A program made the translations under genes and the position numbers. DNA of 64,000 nt from Setoptus koraiensis (taxonomy: Eukaryota; Animalia; Arthropoda). Shown piece after piece: positions 59,959 to 64,000 of the stretch (positions within the stretch are counted from its first letter, which is position 1; each line of letters begins with the position of its first letter). The notes beneath the pieces are model-generated. The model did not search any database and was not told the DNA's origin. It worked only from the letters and a program-made list of their open reading frames with translations. The stretch lies in assembly GCA_048013815.1 (NCBI GenBank), contig CM106585.1, positions 13,826,001-13,890,000 on the forward strand, in the 5' to 3' direction.

Positions 59959-60143
59959 CGCGCGGCTCGCTCACCTGAGCTCTAGTGAGCTCTAGTGAGC
60001 TCACCTGTGCGCACTGGCCAAACTGACCAATCTCGCAAAACTGACCAATCGCGCAAGACTGAACAATCTCACAAGACTGAACAATCTCACAAAACTGAAC
60101 AATCTGGCAAAACTCAGGTGAGCTCAGGTGAGCGAGCCGCGCG
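59959..60143. mobile_element. MITE/foldback-like element: perfect 24-bp terminal inverted repeats around an internal 18-bp x5 tandem array
   Basis: CGCGCGGCTCGCTCACCTGAGCTC (59959-59982) and GAGCTCAGGTGAGCGAGCCGCGCG (60120-60143) are exact reverse complements. A 13-bp direct repeat ATAAGCCGCGCGG lies at 59953-59965 and 60148-60160. No clean target-site duplication and no ORF. Confidence 0.4.
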
Positions 60144-60299
60144 CCACATAAGCCGCGCGGAGATGAGTGAGAATCAGCGAATCAGTTTACACTTTATAGT
60201 TTGATTAATGCAGATTATGGCGGCTGCAGCAGCAACAGCTGATTCGGGCTGATTACGCAAGAGCGCATGGCTCGCATATCGCGAGCTTTTGCGCGAGCC

Positions 60300-60401
60300 G
60301 TTGCGTAACTATCGCACGCTTGTGAGCGCCAGTTACGCAAGCAATAGTTACGCAAGCGATAGTTACGCAAGCGATAGTTACGCAGGCGATAGTTACGCAA
60401 C
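60300..60401. repeat. 15-bp array GC(G/A)ATAGTTACGCA(A/G) x5 faced by one inverted copy (perfect 16-bp inverted repeat, 60300-60315 / 60386-60401)
   Basis: Read directly. Confidence 0.9.
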
Positions 60402-62274
60402 AGCTTGTTTATGTTTACTCACGTTTGCTCATGCTGACTGGCTAACTTGTAGCATGCTCGAAAAACTCGCATGCTGTCCGACAGCGACAGCAAAAGATTG
60501 TAATTGAGATATCATTGCGCTGACCACACAATGGCCGGTTCGTTGGTGGCGCCGGCGTCGGGTTCAAGTCGCTCGAGTTTGCAGTCGCGAGTCGCTTGTT
60601 TGTGTCACAGGCACAATGCCCACCAACTATTACATAACTATTACAACTGCCAACATAAACACGACGATGCTCACACACACAGATAAAGCGGCCAACAAAC
60701 ACAATTACAAGCTGCCTCACAGCAGCAACAACAACTACAATTTTACTGTCCAACATTCATGATGACGCAATTATCCGTTCGGCTCACCTGAGGCCACTCG
60801 CATTGGCGAATTTCGCCAATGCGAGTGGTCAGCTGGCCGAACTGCTGCCACTGACATGGCCAAATGGGCAACAAGTGGTGCTAGTGAATACTCACCTGTG
60901 AATATCAGTATGGATATCAAATCAACAACAACAACAACGACAACAACAACACTAGCAACAGCAACAACAGCGGCAACAACGTGAGTGCACGTGAGACTCG
61001 CCAACGTTGTTAATGTGAATCGCCGACGTAAGTCGTAAAGTGGCGGCCATTACGTAACTAGCAGCAACTCGTTGCATGCAAATATGTTGCGGCAATCACG
61101 CAATTGCCACGCAACACTGCATGCCAATCGCTGCCGGCCCCAGTGGCCACACTGCGGCCACACTGGTCGCACTGGTCAAGCCAGAGCGGCCAGCTCACGT
61201 CAATGGCATCTCGCCGCAACGCGTGTGGTCCCATTGCGCGCCTGTGCGCCGGTTGCCTCACCTGTCCGCCAGTTGCTCGCCTCAAGCTGCCGGCCACTGG
61301 CCACTTGTGGGCTCAGTGTCTTGCGCAATAGCGCGCAAGGGCAAACAAGTTGTAAGTGTCTGTTTGTATAGCTTGACCGCACACTGGCCAAATAGACTTG
61401 AGCCATCCGTATGTGCGCTTGCTACTGCGCACTTGCCACTAATTGACCGTACACAATTGAATTACGCAACAACCACCTTGTCTGCTCAGCGTGCCACGGC
61501 TGCCGCCTCTGTGCGCGCATCAATGTGTGCCCATTAATGTGCCTGTCAATGTGCGTAACTCGGAACAGGAGCAGCGCGACTGCAATTATCACATACTAGA
61601 CAGTAGAGTGTTGTCGTTATGTTGATCATTACAATGACAATTGATCATTATTTGCGTCATCACACTCGCTCGCACATCCGGCACACGGCACAGACGAATG
61701 ATTGCACAGATTCTGTCGTACAGATTCTGTAGTACAGAGGCGAGCTGGCACAGAGGCGAGCTGGCACAGGCGCGAGTTGGCACGTTTGAGCGGGCCGGGG
61801 GAACCAAGCGCGTTGCAGAGTTGAACTGGAGTTTCGCCACCGTAGGCGCGAGTCATGCTAGAGTTATGGACGCCAACACAAACACAGGAAACAGCTATTA
61901 TCCGGCGAGGGGCCAGCTGGCCCGGCGCTCGAGCGGCGCCCGGCAATGAAGGGAGGCGCCTAACTGGCGCAAAAGCAAGCAGATGGCGGATTTGTAGGGA
62001 GCCAGTGGTCTCAAATGGCTCTATAATGGCCACAGAGAGGTAAATAATCGGGCAATTGAATTGTGAGAGCGATCAAAGTGTGAGAGCGGTGGCGCCGGGT
62101 CCCGGCGGGCCCGAGCAAGGGCCTATAGTGGCGGTTGCGTTATAGTTGTGTGAGTCGTGACGGTGCGCGAGCAGCAGATGTTGTTGTTTGCGACGAGTGA
62201 GTGGCGAGAGATTGTTGCGAGATAAACAAGCGTCGCTGTCATGTCCGACAACGGCCGGCGACAAATGTGACAGC

Positions 62275-62342
62275 ACAACAACAACAACAACAACAGCCGA
62301 CAACAACGACAGCAACAACAACAGCAAAAGCCGACAACGACG

Positions 62343-62401
<59 letters not shown>

Positions 62402-62430
62402 GACGACGGCGACAGCGACGACGACAGCGA
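62275..62430. repeat. (CAA/CGA)n trinucleotide tract
   Basis: Read directly. Confidence 0.95.
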
Positions 62431-62828
62431 CGAGCGCGGTCGCACGCCGCTAGAGGCCCATGCCGCTAATTTCGGTGGCGCTGCCGGCAGCACTAATGCG
62501 ATGATTTGATAACCGAAATGACTGAGAATATAGGCGTGCCAGCGGCAACAACGGCAGCGTTTGGCGGCCGGCCCAGCGCCCGCTAAATGGGCCGGCAAAG
62601 AGGCCAATTTGCATACACATGAGCTGGCGCGTCACTGGGGCTTCCTCTGGGCCCGCGTTCGGATCGAATCTGGCCCCTGGTTGCGGGTTAGATCGCGGGC
62701 CGGCGAGGTATCGAGTTCAGTGGTTGTTTGATTGTTTGTTTGTGTTGCGCCCTAATTGTGATCGTCGCTGCCTGATGGAGCGTGGCTTGTTGGCGTCTGC
62801 AACTTGAGCAACTCGCGACGGCGACATT

Positions 62829-62898
62829 GTCAGCGTCGACGGTCAGCGTCGACGGTCAGCGTCGACGGTCAGCGTCGACGGTCAGCGTCGACGGTCAG
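62829..62898. repeat. 13-bp tandem repeat GTCAGCGTCGACG x5; each unit carries the palindrome CGTCGACG
   Basis: Read directly. Confidence 0.95.
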
Positions 62899-64000
62899 TG
62901 TCTACTGTCAGTGTCGGCTGGCCGTGTCCATTGGCCGTCAGCGGCCAGTCAGCGGCCAGTCAGCGGCCGGTCGACAATGCAAGTGGCCGGTCGAGGCCGA
63001 CAATTGAGCGGGCATCGAGCGGACAATGTTTGTCCGGCGCTGTGGTCGCTGTCGGGCTAATGATGCGAGTTTGCGATTGGCGTCGGTCGCAGCAGCGATG
63101 ATATATTGTCAATACATATTATTGTCAATTATTTCCATCTCAGGTATGTCGCGTTGTGCGCGCATCCACAAGCGGCCCCTCTAACGGGCCACTCGAGTGG
63201 AAGCGGGCGTCTCTAATGGCGCCACTAATGGGCCACATACATAAACACACTGTCGATATACACTGTCCATACACTGTCCATACACTGTTTGCAAACTGAC
63301 AGCGCACTATGACACGGTATGTCACCGGCCACATCTCACATATGATGTATGGCCAGGTATATCGCTGCATAAGTGCCCGTCATGTGGCTTAAGACGGCCC
63401 CAAAAAGACGTGGCGCCCGTTTGACAGTTGGCCAGGGGCACGGTTGCGCCAGTGACGGTCGAGATAACGAGTATAAATATTGCCATTAAATATTTAGTCA
63501 CGCGTGCTCTCTCGCGTCGTTGTTGGCCCGTCGTTGTTGGCCTGTCGCTGTTGGCCCGTCGTTGTTGTCGGCAACAACAGCTACTTATTCTCTTATCTGT
63601 TGCAACAAATCAAATTACCGATGATTCAACCGGACCGGCGCGCATTGTTTGGCGCGCCGATAGGGCCCAAACGCAAACAATGCTGCCCACTCGGCGGCGC
63701 AAATCCGTGCCCATTGTGTGCCCACTGGCTGCTCGCGGGCCCGCTCACAGAATCACGGGCCCATGGGCTCACAGAATCACGGGCTCACTATAATAAGTTT
63801 AATCTGTCGTATAATGACATGGATAACATGTCAACTGGTCAGCCGGTCGGCCGGTCGACTGGTCGGCGGCGGCTCGCGATCGGCGGCGGCTCGCGATCGG
63901 CAGCCGGGCCGGCGGCCCGGCGCCCAATGGCCGACGGCCGACGGCCGAACCTATATATACATGCCCGATATATGCCCCGTCGGCATCTATCGGGCATGTT

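Noticed and set aside
60555-60580. GGTTCAAGTC tRNA T-loop-like word
   Set aside because: Flanks do not form a T-stem and no cloverleaf can be built.
14800-64000. Several hundred 60-340-aa ORFs in intron 3 and the downstream region
   Set aside because: They translate microsatellites (poly-L/V/C/Q/T/N) or GC-rich stop-poor DNA, overlap in all six frames and show no recognisable domain; only 27958-28952 has splice and phase support.
9300-64000. Conserved arthropod miRNAs, snRNAs, tRNAs or rRNA
   Set aside because: No mature sequence or diagnostic box that I recognise was found by eye; a cmscan or tRNAscan run would be decisive.

Overview
Eukaryotic (arthropod-like) genomic DNA in two very different compartments. 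(1) 1-9.3 kb is an AT-rich, tightly packed, intron-poor block of four genes: the 5' end of a secreted transferrin/melanotransferrin-family gene (minus strand, runs off the window, absent from the ORF track), a strongly shortened intronless Su(z)12 (PRC2), cohesin SMC3 (3 exons, 1209 aa) and a divergent CDK20/CCRK-like kinase (2 exons). (2) About 9.5-64 kb is a GC-rich domain full of microsatellites, palindromes and micro-tandem duplications. It holds one recognisable gene, an optomotor-blind/Tbx2-3 T-box factor (4 phase-compatible coding exons, 11665-28952, ~1268 aa, 13.2-kb third intron), followed by ~35 kb with no supportable coding sequence, probably its regulatory landscape. The intron-poor, miniaturised genes suggest a compact-genome mite such as an eriophyoid (inference only). 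Best leads: a Su(z)12 lacking its ~300-aa C2/WD-binding middle; a dispersed CAGGTRAG / GCTCACCTGAGC motif family (identical to the 5' splice-site consensus) that forms 10-bp-phased arrays, palindromes, the terminal inverted repeats of a MITE-like element and a candidate recursive splice site; at least 36 TT(A/G)CG(C/T)AA bZIP-type sites; and paired CTCF-like motifs at the compartment boundary. All motif counts were made by eye and need computational confirmation. No tRNA, rRNA, CRISPR array or autonomous transposon is supported.
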